From Dehalococcoidia bacterium (lineage in GTDB: Bacteria; Chloroflexota; Dehalococcoidia; Plut-88900), in assembly GCA_965197585.1 (NCBI GenBank), contig OZ240215.1, positions 1,248,001-1,312,000 of the forward strand: 64,000 nucleotides of DNA. The letters run 5' to 3'. Every line of letters starts with the position of its first letter. The stretch's first letter is position 1. Below the pieces are notes generated by a model. That model worked only from the letters and a program-made list of their open reading frames with translations. It was not told the origin of the DNA and ran no database searches. Positions 8,743 to 18,696 of this stretch are shown here, piece after piece. A program made the translations under genes and the position numbers.

Positions 8743-10350
8743 TCAAACCGCCAAGGCCATTCCATCGGAGCCCGGGTCCGCCCCACCCGTCCACACTCCA
8801 TCGTCTATACGAATCCCGTGCACCCACGCAAAGGCGTAAGACACAGGCCAACGCACCACTTCGTACCCCTGCGCCTCCAGCTCGTTGGTAACGAACCTCG
8901 GTATCCGATTGCTCACGTCAATGGGATTGCTCGTCGCAGAGAACCGTGCCGCCGACACCGCGTCCGACATCGACATCTCGAAGTCCAGCACGTTCATCAA
9001 GACCTGCAATACCCCCATCGTGATCTGCGTGCCGCCCGGCGCTCCTATCACCACGTATGGCTCGCCGCCGCGGAAGACTATTGACGGGCACATCGACGAA
9101 AAGCGGCTCTTGCCCGGCGCTAGACTCCCCGCCCGACCGGGCCGAGGGTCGAACACCGCCATGCACCCGTTGTACATGAACCCCAACCCCTCCGTAATCG
9201 CCCCTGACGGCATCCCCAGTGAGTGCGTCATGGTGAACAGGTTCCCTTCCTCGTCGGCCACGCACACCTGGGTCGTACTCTTGGATTCCACCGCCTCTTT
9301 CATCCTCTCCACCACCCCCCTCTCGCCCCTCTCTATCGCCGCCGCCAATTCCCGAGCATAGTCCTTGGACGTGAGCCGGGACACGGGAACTTCTACAAAG
9401 GCAGGGTCCCCGACATGGGCGTCCTTGTCCGCCGTGGCCCGTTTCATTGCCTCGGTTACCACCCTAACGTACTCCGCCGAGTTGTGCCCCATTCCCATAA
9501 CGTCGAAGTTCTCCAGGATGTTCAGCATCTCCAGCAGCACGACGCCCCCGCCCGGCGGCTGGTTTGTCACCACGTCAAATCCCCGATACGTCCCTCGAAG
9601 AGGCTCGCAATACGTGGTCCGGTATTCGGCCAGGTCCTGCGCCGAAATCAGCCCACCATTAGCATCCATGTCCTCGACTATCCGAGAAGCGATGTCCCCC
9701 AAGTAGAAGTCGTCAGGCCCTACCTTGGCCAACTGCTCCAACGTTGCCGTCATGTCCGGGTTGTCCAGCCGCTCCCCGACCTTTTTCAAAGACCCATCGC
9801 CATTAAAGTAAACCCGCCTCCCAGTCTCCGTGAGCTTCAGCCGCTCCACGGGGCTAGTCCTGCCAAACCGCTCGTCATTGGTCCACCAGTTGTACATGTG
9901 AGGCCGGACCACAACCCCTTCCCTGGCGTGGGCGATGGCTGGAGCCAGAATCTCCGCCCACGGCATGCGCCCCCAGGCTTCATGTGCCTCAGCATATGCC
10001 TTAAGGCTTCCCGGCACTGTGACCGACTGGTATCCGAGGTCATTCACATTACCTTTAAGGATGAACCCAAAACCGTCCCGCGCCTCACCCTCGATCAGGT
10101 CCTCCCACATGTCGGGCCTCGTGGCCCGTGGCGACTTGCCGTGAAAGTCGATGCACTTGTGCACCCCCAGGCCCGGCAGATACGCCTGTAGACTCCCGAA
10201 CCCGGCGATCCCCGTCATCTGAGGATCGACCACCCCCTGCACGAATGCACACGCTATTCCGGCGTCAATGGCGTTGCCGCCCTCTTTCAATACCATGGCC
10301 CCGGCCTCCACGGCCTCGGGCTGGGGAGCTACTATCATCCCTCGGGTCAT
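8743..10350 (-). CDS. ggt: Gamma-glutamyltransferase family protein
   Basis: GGNAIDA, VPGS, NQPPGGG, STTQVCVAD (Thr nucleophile), GAPGG, GGADP; ATG at 10350 after GGAGG. Confidence 0.92.
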   Translation of the reverse strand: MTRGMIVAPQPEAVEAGAMVLKEGGNAIDAGIACAFVQGVVDPQMTGIAGFGSLQAYLPGLGVHKCIDFHGKSPRATRPDMWEDLIEGEARDGFGFILKGNVNDLGYQSVTVPGSLKAYAEAHEAWGRMPWAEILAPAIAHAREGVVVRPHMYNWWTNDERFGRTSPVERLKLTETGRRVYFNGDGSLKKVGERLDNPDMTATLEQLAKVGPDDFYLGDIASRIVEDMDANGGLISAQDLAEYRTTYCEPLRGTYRGFDVVTNQPPGGGVVLLEMLNILENFDVMGMGHNSAEYVRVVTEAMKRATADKDAHVGDPAFVEVPVSRLTSKDYARELAAAIERGERGVVERMKEAVESKSTTQVCVADEEGNLFTMTHSLGMPSGAITEGLGFMYNGCMAVFDPRPGRAGSLAPGKSRFSSMCPSIVFRGGEPYVVIGAPGGTQITMGVLQVLMNVLDFEMSMSDAVSAARFSATSNPIDVSNRIPRFVTNELEAQGYEVVRWPVSYAFAWVHGIRIDDGVWTGGADPGSDGMALAV

Positions 10351-10366
10351 TCGAATGCCTCCATTT

Positions 10367-10825
10367 TCAACTTCGCGCCCACCGAGCAAGGGCCTTCCCC
10401 GGCGACGCGACCTCTTCTATCGACGTGTAGTAGTAGTCCTGCCACTCCTCCTGCGGCATCCCGGTGAACAACATCAAATTTAGGGGATATTCGCCACTGT
10501 CGCTCGCGCTCCGGAAGTCGTCCCGGAACAGAAATGTAGGCTTCTTCAAAGCAATCGCCATGCCCAGTTCTACCATGACTCCCTCGTCCGGTGGAACTCC
10601 GTTGACCACCGCAAATATCCCATCCGACTCCACAACGTCCCGATAGTCCGCCTGCCCTATCTTGTACGCCCATCCCGCCACCGCAAAGTCCACCTGGTTG
10701 TTCCGGGCGAAAGGCTCCCAGACTTCCAGTCCCAAGTCCTCCAGCGCAGCCACCAGCTCAGGCAATAGCAGCGTCTTCTGCTGTGCTGAAAACCCGTAAG
10801 GGTTGGCTAGGTATATCTTCTTCAT
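10367..10825 (-). CDS. Nucleoside 2-deoxyribosyltransferase family protein
   Basis: KIYLANPYGFS, DEGVMVELGMAIALKKP, LNLML; ATG overlaps the upstream stop codon. Confidence 0.85.
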   Translation of the reverse strand: MKKIYLANPYGFSAQQKTLLLPELVAALEDLGLEVWEPFARNNQVDFAVAGWAYKIGQADYRDVVESDGIFAVVNGVPPDEGVMVELGMAIALKKPTFLFRDDFRSASDSGEYPLNLMLFTGMPQEEWQDYYYTSIEEVASPGKALARWARS

Positions 10826-11235
10826 CTCCGCGCTTCCCGGTCGGCGGCCCTCCACAACGAAATCGCCTCAAATATCAGCACTACCAGGGCAATGGATATC
10901 AGGTAGTCCCACAATGCGAAGACAGGGTCCCTGTCTGGGTCCATCTTGACCATGTACTGCAGCAGATATCGGATATTCACCATCGCCACCAGGGCAGTGA
11001 TTACGTCCCTCGGCAATTTTGCCAGATTAGATCCACCATTTCTGTGAATCCGCAGAGAATCGAGCACGTTGGCCAAGACAACCAGCCCGAGCACCACCAT
11101 CACCCCCGGGTCGGCGGCATAGTCGAAGATAACGTGCGCCGCATCCTCATCGAAGACGAACACAATCGTGGCTGCCAAAAGCAACGCCGCCGCGATAACG
11201 CACAGGATCGCCAGTCCCTTACGCCAATAGGTCAT
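10822..11235 (-). CDS. Hypothetical membrane protein (about 4 TM)
   Basis: Hydrophobic helices; RBS GGAGG; translationally coupled to the next gene. Confidence 0.7.
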   Translation of the reverse strand: MTYWRKGLAILCVIAAALLLAATIVFVFDEDAAHVIFDYAADPGVMVVLGLVVLANVLDSLRIHRNGGSNLAKLPRDVITALVAMVNIRYLLQYMVKMDPDRDPVFALWDYLISIALVVLIFEAISLWRAADREARR

Positions 11236-11359
11236 TTCAACGCCTCCTCCAGGGCCCCCGACACGGAGCCCGTTCTTGAGAATTGAGGCCAGTATAGGGT
11301 CTTTACCTACTCGGCGAAAGTGGAATACCCTTCCCCCGAACTAACCGCTAGGAGGCCCG

Positions 11360-14329
11360 ATGCAAGGCCGTATCGAATTACCCCGATCTACAAACCACCC
11401 CTTCGACTTGGCCAGGACCCTAGACGGGTCGCAGGACTTTCGCTGGCAATCCCTTGGCGGCGGCTGGTATTCCGGGGTGCTCAGCGGCAACCTCGTACAC
11501 CTCCGTCAGAACGGCGACACCCTCGAATACCGTGCCCATACCAACCTCGACACCCTCCTCACCTCCTACTTTCGCCTCGACGAGGACATGGACACCGTCT
11601 ACTCCACCCTCTCTTCCCTCGACCCATATATCGCCACCCTCGCCAACGCATACCCTCACCTCCGCCTCCTCCGCCAACCCGACCCCTGGGAATGCACCGT
11701 CTCCTACATCTGCTCCGCCAACAATAACGTGCCGCGTATTAAGCATATGGTGGAAGGCATTGCACAGAAGCTCGGGAGACGTTTGGACCTGCATGGCGAC
11801 ATTCGCTACACCTTCCCCACCCCCGAGGCAGTGCTCGAAGCCGGCCCCGACCCCCTGCGAGAAATGCGCCTGGGCCTCGACCGACACAACAAGATATTCG
11901 AGGCCGCTCAGCGTGTCTGCATGGGCGAGCTTGACCTTCAGCGACTCGCACAACTCGACACGTCCTACATTGCAGCGAAACGCCAGCTTATGCAGTGCCG
12001 AGGCATAGGCCCCAAAATCGCCGACTGCATAGCTCTTTTCTACCTCAACAAGCTCGAAGCTTTTCCTGTCGACACGCACGTTAAAAAGGCCGCTGCTCGG
12101 CACTTCTTCGCATCCCGAGCTCCTCCCACTGACCGACACTTGGTCACGTGGGCCCAGGACTACTTCGGCGTTAACGCTGGTTACGCTAATCAGCTCCTGT
12201 TCCAGTCCCAGTGGGGAGCAGTGGCCCCTATCAACAGTGGACAGCAAATATCAGGTGCTAAACTGTCCCCTGTATCCCCCCGCCCCACTCCCCAGGAGGT
12301 CAAAACTTTGCCTGCCCAAGATTCTCTTCAACTCCGCCTTCAGATAAAAACCCGAGAGCCCTTCGCCGAAGGTCTCGCGTTCGGAGATACCGGCGCCTAT
12401 GAAAAGATTGTCGGCCGAGCCTCCTTCGCCGTAGACCCCGACTCCCCCGCCTACTCCCCCGTTGTCGATATCCAGTACACACCCCGCAACCCCGAGGGCC
12501 TCGTCGAGTTCTCCACCGACTTCTTCATCCTCAAACCTGCAGACATGTCCCGTGGTAACCGCCGCCTCGTCTACGATGTCAACAACCGCGGCACCAAGCT
12601 CCTCGTCCATTTCCTGAATGATGCTCCGCTTACTGACAACCCGTCCACGCCGGAGCACGCGGGAAACGGCTTTCTAATGAGGCGCGGCTATACAGTCCTC
12701 TGGTCGGGCTGGCAGGGAGACATCCTCCCTCGCGATGACCTCATGTCTATGGATCTGCCGGTCGCATCCATGAACGGGGCTCCAATCACTGGTCCAGTCC
12801 GTGTCGAGCTCTCACCCGGCGACGAAATCACCAAGCTGGGCCCCGAGGCAGCCCGCTGTATGCCCCTCAGTGGAAACGCTTATACGAATAGCTACCCCCC
12901 TGCCTCCCTGGACACCTCCAATGCCGTCTTCACTTTTCGAGAGTACGAGACCGACCCCCGAATCCCCTTCCACCCCGACGCCTGGCAATTCGCCAAACTC
13001 GACTCCTCCGGCAAAGTCGTACCATCCCCTACTGACGTCTATCTCCCACAAGGTTTCAAGCCAGGCTGGATATATGAGATTGTCTACACAGCCAAAGACC
13101 CACGAGTCATGGGCCTGGGCTTCACCGGCGTCCGAGACCTGATCTCCTTCTTGACAAACGCCGACACCGATTCGGAAGGCGCTCCGAACCCTGTCCGGGA
13201 TAACGACGCCGGTATCGAGAAGGCCTACGGCTGGGGCTGCTCGCAGAGTGCGCGCTTTCTGCGGGAGTTCGTATACCGGGGCTTCAATGAAGACACTCAG
13301 GGCAGGCAGGTCTTCGCCGGTATTTCTCCCTTCGTATCGGGCGGAGGGCGGGTATTTGTTAACTATCGATTCTCGCAGCCGGGCCGGTACCCGAGACAGC
13401 ACTACGACCACCTTTACCCCTCCGACCAGTTCCCCCACGCCTATCCCACCACCACCGACTCCCTGACAGGCAGAACGGATGGCATCCTCAAACGCCCGGA
13501 GACCGACCCCCTGGTCATCCACACCCAGTCCGCCTCCGAGTATTGGCAGCGTCGCGGCTCCCTCGTCCACACCGACTCCCTCGGCAACGACTTACCCGAC
13601 CACCAACACTCCCGCGTCTACCTCTTCGCCTCCGCAGAACACAGCCCCGACCATATCAACGGCCCCATCTACGACCAGTTCAAGCACCCGTCTAACCCTC
13701 TCAACGTCACGGCTCTCCTCCGAGCCATGATAGACAACCTTGATAACTGGGCTACGGCTGGCACTCCCCCACCCGACAGCCGTGTCCCAACCCGCGAAGC
13801 TGAGACCGGCGTTCCCGCAGAAGTCTCCAATGCTCGATTCCCCGCCATCCCCAACGTCCAGGCGCCGTCCAACCCAAACCGGCTCTTCGTCCAGGACCAC
13901 GGCCCCGATTTCGATCAGGGAGTGCTGTCTGTGGAACCCCCAGTCGAAGACAAGGGCAAGGAATATACGGTGTTGGTACCACATGTGGATGCCGACGGAA
14001 ACGACGTTCCCGGTATCAGAGGCCCGGAGCTCGAGGTCCCGCTTGCAACTTATACCGGCTGGAACTTCAGACCGGCGGGCGCTGCTGAGAAGGCGATGGC
14101 CGCAGTAAACGGCAGCTATCTGCCCTTCACCAAGACCCGTACGGAGCGACTGGAAAAAGGTGACCCACGTCCATCCATCGAAGAGCGCTACGGCTCCCGA
14201 GCCCGCTACGTAAAGTTGGTTGCCCTGGCCTCACAGAGGCTGGTGGAGCAGCGGCTTATCCTCGAGGAGGACGCCGACCGGTTCGTTGAACAGGCGATGG
14301 TGGAGCCCGCCTTCGACGAAATAGGCTAG
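11360..14329 (+). CDS. Apparent fusion of 8-oxoguanine DNA glycosylase (OGG1/HhH-GPD) and an alpha/beta-hydrolase-domain protein
   Basis: N-terminal QDFRW, SANNNVPRI, GIGPKIADCIALF, FPVDTH. C-terminal NRRLVYDVNNRG, WGCSQSARFLR, VDADGND, PSIEERY. Internal GGAGGT plus in-frame TTG at 12308. Confidence 0.8.
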   Translation: MQGRIELPRSTNHPFDLARTLDGSQDFRWQSLGGGWYSGVLSGNLVHLRQNGDTLEYRAHTNLDTLLTSYFRLDEDMDTVYSTLSSLDPYIATLANAYPHLRLLRQPDPWECTVSYICSANNNVPRIKHMVEGIAQKLGRRLDLHGDIRYTFPTPEAVLEAGPDPLREMRLGLDRHNKIFEAAQRVCMGELDLQRLAQLDTSYIAAKRQLMQCRGIGPKIADCIALFYLNKLEAFPVDTHVKKAAARHFFASRAPPTDRHLVTWAQDYFGVNAGYANQLLFQSQWGAVAPINSGQQISGAKLSPVSPRPTPQEVKTLPAQDSLQLRLQIKTREPFAEGLAFGDTGAYEKIVGRASFAVDPDSPAYSPVVDIQYTPRNPEGLVEFSTDFFILKPADMSRGNRRLVYDVNNRGTKLLVHFLNDAPLTDNPSTPEHAGNGFLMRRGYTVLWSGWQGDILPRDDLMSMDLPVASMNGAPITGPVRVELSPGDEITKLGPEAARCMPLSGNAYTNSYPPASLDTSNAVFTFREYETDPRIPFHPDAWQFAKLDSSGKVVPSPTDVYLPQGFKPGWIYEIVYTAKDPRVMGLGFTGVRDLISFLTNADTDSEGAPNPVRDNDAGIEKAYGWGCSQSARFLREFVYRGFNEDTQGRQVFAGISPFVSGGGRVFVNYRFSQPGRYPRQHYDHLYPSDQFPHAYPTTTDSLTGRTDGILKRPETDPLVIHTQSASEYWQRRGSLVHTDSLGNDLPDHQHSRVYLFASAEHSPDHINGPIYDQFKHPSNPLNVTALLRAMIDNLDNWATAGTPPPDSRVPTREAETGVPAEVSNARFPAIPNVQAPSNPNRLFVQDHGPDFDQGVLSVEPPVEDKGKEYTVLVPHVDADGNDVPGIRGPELEVPLATYTGWNFRPAGAAEKAMAAVNGSYLPFTKTRTERLEKGDPRPSIEERYGSRARYVKLVALASQRLVEQRLILEEDADRFVEQAMVEPAFDEIG

Positions 14330-15300
14330 CCTACGCTTAATCTGTCCAGTGCCTTGAGCACCGGGGCTAGCTCTTCGGTTGTCTTCGGAGTGGTCGGGTC
14401 CAGACAAATCTGTATGTGAGATATGCCCTCGCGCTCGTAATTGAGTAATTCCTCGGCAATCGCTTCAGGAGAGCCCGAAAGGGGCTTCAAAGGAGCTTGC
14501 CCCACCAGCTGGTCGCTCGGAAGGCGGTCCCACCACGGGTCGGCATTGGCGTCGGCCATCAGTACGGCGTGGCTGCGCTCCAAAGTCGCCGGGTCCCGAC
14601 CCTGCTCCCGGCAAGCTTCATCGACAATCGGGCGCATTCTTTTCGCCCCTTCGACGCTGTTGAGCGTATCGTCGTAGTAGGCGTTCCACATATCGGCGTA
14701 TTTGGCCGTCAAGGCCATCATCCGTGGCCTGCTCGCCCCCATCAATATCGGAGGCCCCCCGGCCCGAGGCCCCAGCGGACGAAGCTCGCACTCCCTTGCG
14801 CTGTGAAACTTGCCTTCAAAGTCTATCTGGCCGTTCTTGAGCAGGCCGTGGACTATCTGGATCGCCTCTTCGAAACGGCCCACCTTGTAGTCAAATGGAA
14901 ACCCGTAGGAGTCATACTCGAACTTGTGGTACCCGGACCCCACACCCAGGATCAGCCTCCCACCGCTGATCTCCTCGACAGTGGAAGCCATCTTGGCAAG
15001 AAGGGCCGGATTTCGCCAACCCATAGCCAGCACCAATGTCCCTAGCTCCACGCGATTGGTGGTCGCCGCCAACGCCGAGAGGAGTGACCAGACTTCCCAC
15101 ACGCCTCGGGCCTGGTCTTCGCCGTCCAGCAGGTAAATGAGGTGGTCTACAAGCCAAATCGAGTCAAAGCCAACATCTTCAGCCAGAGCAGCGATTTCCC
15201 TGAGCTCTTTCCAATTGCTCATCCCCGGCCCTCGGAGGCCCTCCGTCTGGGGCAGCATCAACCCGACCTTCAATGTCCTCGAACCGCTTGCAACCGTCAT
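14326..15300 (-). CDS. LLM-class (possibly F420-dependent) oxidoreductase
   Basis: AEDVGFDSIWLVDH, RNPALLAKMASTVEEISGGRLILGVGSG, AKYADMWN. Confidence 0.9.
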   Translation of the reverse strand: MTVASGSRTLKVGLMLPQTEGLRGPGMSNWKELREIAALAEDVGFDSIWLVDHLIYLLDGEDQARGVWEVWSLLSALAATTNRVELGTLVLAMGWRNPALLAKMASTVEEISGGRLILGVGSGYHKFEYDSYGFPFDYKVGRFEEAIQIVHGLLKNGQIDFEGKFHSARECELRPLGPRAGGPPILMGASRPRMMALTAKYADMWNAYYDDTLNSVEGAKRMRPIVDEACREQGRDPATLERSHAVLMADANADPWWDRLPSDQLVGQAPLKPLSGSPEAIAEELLNYEREGISHIQICLDPTTPKTTEELAPVLKALDRLSVG

Positions 15301-15452
15301 GTTTCACTCCTTGGACTATTTTGGGGATCCATTCCCCGAATGGTCGTTCACAACCCCTGGCGTACGAGGAAATTATATACTTGTGCGGGCTCCCGGCCAC
15401 CCGGGGGTGCCATTTTTCGGCGTCCCGGCGTGGCCTTACGTTCACCGTAACA

Positions 15453-15869
15453 ATGTCCTACAACTTCCTCATACTGACTGTCTGCACTTCTTTGTTCGCT
15501 TTGCGCGTGCTTGGGCAAGCATTGGTAGTGACCCGAGCCCCCCGTTGGCTTCCTTCCAACGAGCACTGGTACTCGGGGCTTCTGCCCTACAGATTTCTGC
15601 TGCCGGCCCAATTGCTCTTTCTGGCGATCATGATAGCGATAGCTCTGGCAGTCTATCGGGACGACGCATTTTTTGCGACTGACGGCTGGGGCCGAGCTGC
15701 GCCAATTCTCGTTGTCATTTCCGGGGTCTACTTCGTGTCGATGGCCCTCCGCTACGTCCTGACTATGGCGCTGCGCCCCGAGCGCAGGTGGTTCAAACGC
15801 ACCATCCCGATCTGGTTCCACATGGTACTGGCAATTGCTCTTTGGGCATTCGCCGACTACTTGCGGTAG
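15453..15869 (+). CDS. Hypothetical membrane protein
   Basis: Four hydrophobic helices with WLPS..HWYSGLLPY and IPIWFH; ATG at 15453. Confidence 0.7.
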   Translation: MSYNFLILTVCTSLFALRVLGQALVVTRAPRWLPSNEHWYSGLLPYRFLLPAQLLFLAIMIAIALAVYRDDAFFATDGWGRAAPILVVISGVYFVSMALRYVLTMALRPERRWFKRTIPIWFHMVLAIALWAFADYLR

Positions 15870-16990
15870 TTGCTCGATGCAATAAATCGTGCCACCCGTT
15901 TCGCGTCAATGCGAATATTGTAGAGACCGCCTCGTCCATCGTAGTTATGGCCGATGAAATATAGCCCTGAATAGTTTGCGCTGCACACCCTGTCTCTCCG
16001 GTCGCCGAATCCACACTCATCTCTGGCCCCGTAAACACCCATCCATTCAATTGCCGCACGATAACCGGTCGCAAGTATCACCTGGTTCCCTGCCCACTCG
16101 GAAGCATCCGAAAAACGGACGCCGCTCTCGGTCATTTTAGCCACCCCGGGCTTCAACTTTATCCGACCTGCTTCAATATGGTCCAGAATCCCGCGGCCGA
16201 TCACCGGGACGTCCGGACAGTCATCCTTCATCTGTTTTCTCGGTAGCCCGGCCGACCCTGGCCTAAGTAAGCCGCCTATCAGTCCCATCCCGCCCACAAT
16301 TCCCCTTTGTGCGGGCTTGGGGACACATGACATCATCCAGCCGAAATACTGGGTCGGGATGCCCGCGATGCTCTTCGGGATAACATTGGCCCCCGACCGG
16401 ACGGAGACTGTTACTTCTATCCCAGCTTCAGCCATCTCCGATGCTATCTCCGACCCCGAGTTCCCAATCCCCACCACCAACGCTCGCCGCCCTTGCCGAT
16501 CATCAGGTCGCCGATATTCCGTGCTGTGAAATAGCTGTCCTCCATAGGACGACATCCCATCGAAGTCCGGGACCACGGGCGAAGTCATTATGCCGGTGGC
16601 AACGACCACGGATCTCGCTGCATACTCGCCCCGCGTCGTTTCGACGACCCACGCACCGTTGTCCTGCCTCAGTCCGGTCACTTCCGTGCAGGCCCGTATG
16701 GGCAATGTAAACCTGTCGGCGTATCTTGCGATGTAGGAGGTGAATTCTGAAAGGGCCGGGAACAGGGACGTTTGAGCCGGGAACGACATTCCTGGTAGTG
16801 CGCTAAGGTGCTTGCCTGTGTGCAACCTCAGGCCGTCGTAGACGTGCCCCCACATCCAGCCTGCCTGTCCTCCTCGTTCGAGCACTACGTTGGAAATGCC
16901 TCGCATTCCCAGCTGTTGAGACGTCGCAAGTCCGGCTGGCCCTCCTCCCACTACGACAACGTCGAAGCTCTCAGCAGGCATGGTCTTCAC
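15857..16990 (-). CDS. Class B flavin-containing monooxygenase (YUCCA/CzcO-like)
   Basis: GGGPAG (FAD), YDGLRLHT, YGGQLFHSTEY (FMO fingerprint), GIGNSG (NADPH), ATGY. Confidence 0.88.
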   Translation of the reverse strand: MKTMPAESFDVVVVGGGPAGLATSQQLGMRGISNVVLERGGQAGWMWGHVYDGLRLHTGKHLSALPGMSFPAQTSLFPALSEFTSYIARYADRFTLPIRACTEVTGLRQDNGAWVVETTRGEYAARSVVVATGIMTSPVVPDFDGMSSYGGQLFHSTEYRRPDDRQGRRALVVGIGNSGSEIASEMAEAGIEVTVSVRSGANVIPKSIAGIPTQYFGWMMSCVPKPAQRGIVGGMGLIGGLLRPGSAGLPRKQMKDDCPDVPVIGRGILDHIEAGRIKLKPGVAKMTESGVRFSDASEWAGNQVILATGYRAAIEWMGVYGARDECGFGDRRDRVCSANYSGLYFIGHNYDGRGGLYNIRIDAKRVARFIASSNYRK

Positions 16991-17035
16991 TTTACCTCGA
17001 CGCTTATTTTCACCCGGCGGGAAGTGTCCATAGGC

Positions 17036-18694
17036 TTAGATGTTCAACTCCTTCACCACTTCCCCGTTGTCTTCCCCATCCGGCAGCCCCAGTAGCTCAT
17101 CTTTGAACTGGATGTCCCTCACGGCCCGAGCCAGCTTGGCCTCGACTCGCCGAGTTGACCAACCCTCCGACATTACTTGAATGATTGGAGCATGCAGCCG
17201 CCCCGACTTCCTCTTCTGCTCATACTCGATGTTCAGCCCCGACAACCCATCATCGATGGCTCTACCAAGTCTAAGCGCCGCCTCATCGGCAACCGGGTGC
17301 TCCTTGAATTCCAACTGCAACGCATACCGGGACTCCTCCGCCCGGGCCACTGCACGGTAATATTCGACCTTAACACCCACAGATGTCTGTGCTTCCCCCA
17401 CAGCCTGGATCAACTGCGACACGTGCAGCTTTTCACCCTCCAGGTTCACCATGTCCCGGCCCTTTCGCAGGAACTCCAACATCGGCGTCCCGTTGTGGAA
17501 TCCCGATACCCGCACAACGTCGTTGATGTCATACCGGTATAGGCCGTTTGGCGAGGTGATCAGGACGTAGTAGCTCTCGCCGCTCTCCAGTTGCCCAACC
17601 GTCAGGACGCTTGGAGCGTTGCTTTCAATCTCACCCTCTGGGATGAACTCGTAGAAATTGGCGCCAAGGGTCGGGATGCCCCTACATCCATCATCCTCGA
17701 TAGGCAGGGTCACGTACGCCTCACTTGAAAGATACCCGATGTCCCGGAATGGCGTTCCCTGCTGGAACCATGGCCGCAGCCTGTCCACAGTCGATCCCAC
17801 GCTCCCTCCCTTCCAGCACCCGACCAACGCAAGCTCGGGCCAATAGCCTTCCGGCCTCAGCGAACCCGAATCAGCCACCATTATCTCCAACGCCCGAGCC
17901 CGCTTCGGGTTCGGCTTAAGATGGGCCTTAACTTCCTCCCGTACTTCCACCGAGATATCAAATTCTCTGGAAAGAGAGCCGTCGTGGATGTCCTTTATCA
18001 GCCGGTCATGGTACCTGTCCGCGGTCGTGATAAGACGCAGGATTGTGCTGGGGTTGGGCGTAGCCACCAAGGACACCCGCTGCTCGATTGCGAACCGCAT
18101 GATCGCGTAGTATTTCGCCTCAAAGTCCTTGATGGTGAACAAGGGGTATGGCACGGCGTAACGCCGGCGTATGACCCAGGACGCTTTCTTGTATATATTC
18201 CCGGAAGCCGACCCGAATGGAATGCCGCTCTCCGTATGGCCCTCTATGGCCGGACTCACAATCACCAGTGTCTTGTGATCGAGCACCTTGGGATGGTCCA
18301 CGAGACACCGGTATAGCCACAGCCGAGACAGCCGTTTGGACATGCGCCCCGTGGCCCGTGTCACGGGGATGGACTTAGGCTGTCCGGACGTACCGCTCGT
18401 CAGCGCGAACATATACGGATCTTCGGCGGTCAGGACGCCGCGTTCCCCTCTCTTCACCTTGTCGACCCACGGGCGGAATGACTCATAGTCAGCGATGGGC
18501 ACGCAGCCCTGGTAATCTTCCACCGACTGCATCCCCGAAAAACCGTGTTCCCTCCCGTACGCCGTGTCCCGGTTAGTTCTCAGGATACGTCGAAGGAGCT
18601 TCCACTGGGCTTCCTCCGGGTGCTTGGTGATACTCTCGAACCTGCTCCACGACCACCGCCCCTTCAGCCCAGACAATTGAGAGACGAAGGACAT
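17036..18694 (-). CDS. GH3-family acyl-adenylate/amido ligase
   Basis: NRDTAYGR, TSGTSGQPKSIP, YLSSE, FYEFIP, GLYRYDINDVV, GEKL. Confidence 0.92.
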   Translation of the reverse strand: MSFVSQLSGLKGRWSWSRFESITKHPEEAQWKLLRRILRTNRDTAYGREHGFSGMQSVEDYQGCVPIADYESFRPWVDKVKRGERGVLTAEDPYMFALTSGTSGQPKSIPVTRATGRMSKRLSRLWLYRCLVDHPKVLDHKTLVIVSPAIEGHTESGIPFGSASGNIYKKASWVIRRRYAVPYPLFTIKDFEAKYYAIMRFAIEQRVSLVATPNPSTILRLITTADRYHDRLIKDIHDGSLSREFDISVEVREEVKAHLKPNPKRARALEIMVADSGSLRPEGYWPELALVGCWKGGSVGSTVDRLRPWFQQGTPFRDIGYLSSEAYVTLPIEDDGCRGIPTLGANFYEFIPEGEIESNAPSVLTVGQLESGESYYVLITSPNGLYRYDINDVVRVSGFHNGTPMLEFLRKGRDMVNLEGEKLHVSQLIQAVGEAQTSVGVKVEYYRAVARAEESRYALQLEFKEHPVADEAALRLGRAIDDGLSGLNIEYEQKRKSGRLHAPIIQVMSEGWSTRRVEAKLARAVRDIQFKDELLGLPDGEDNGEVVKELNI

Positions 18695-18696
18695 AT

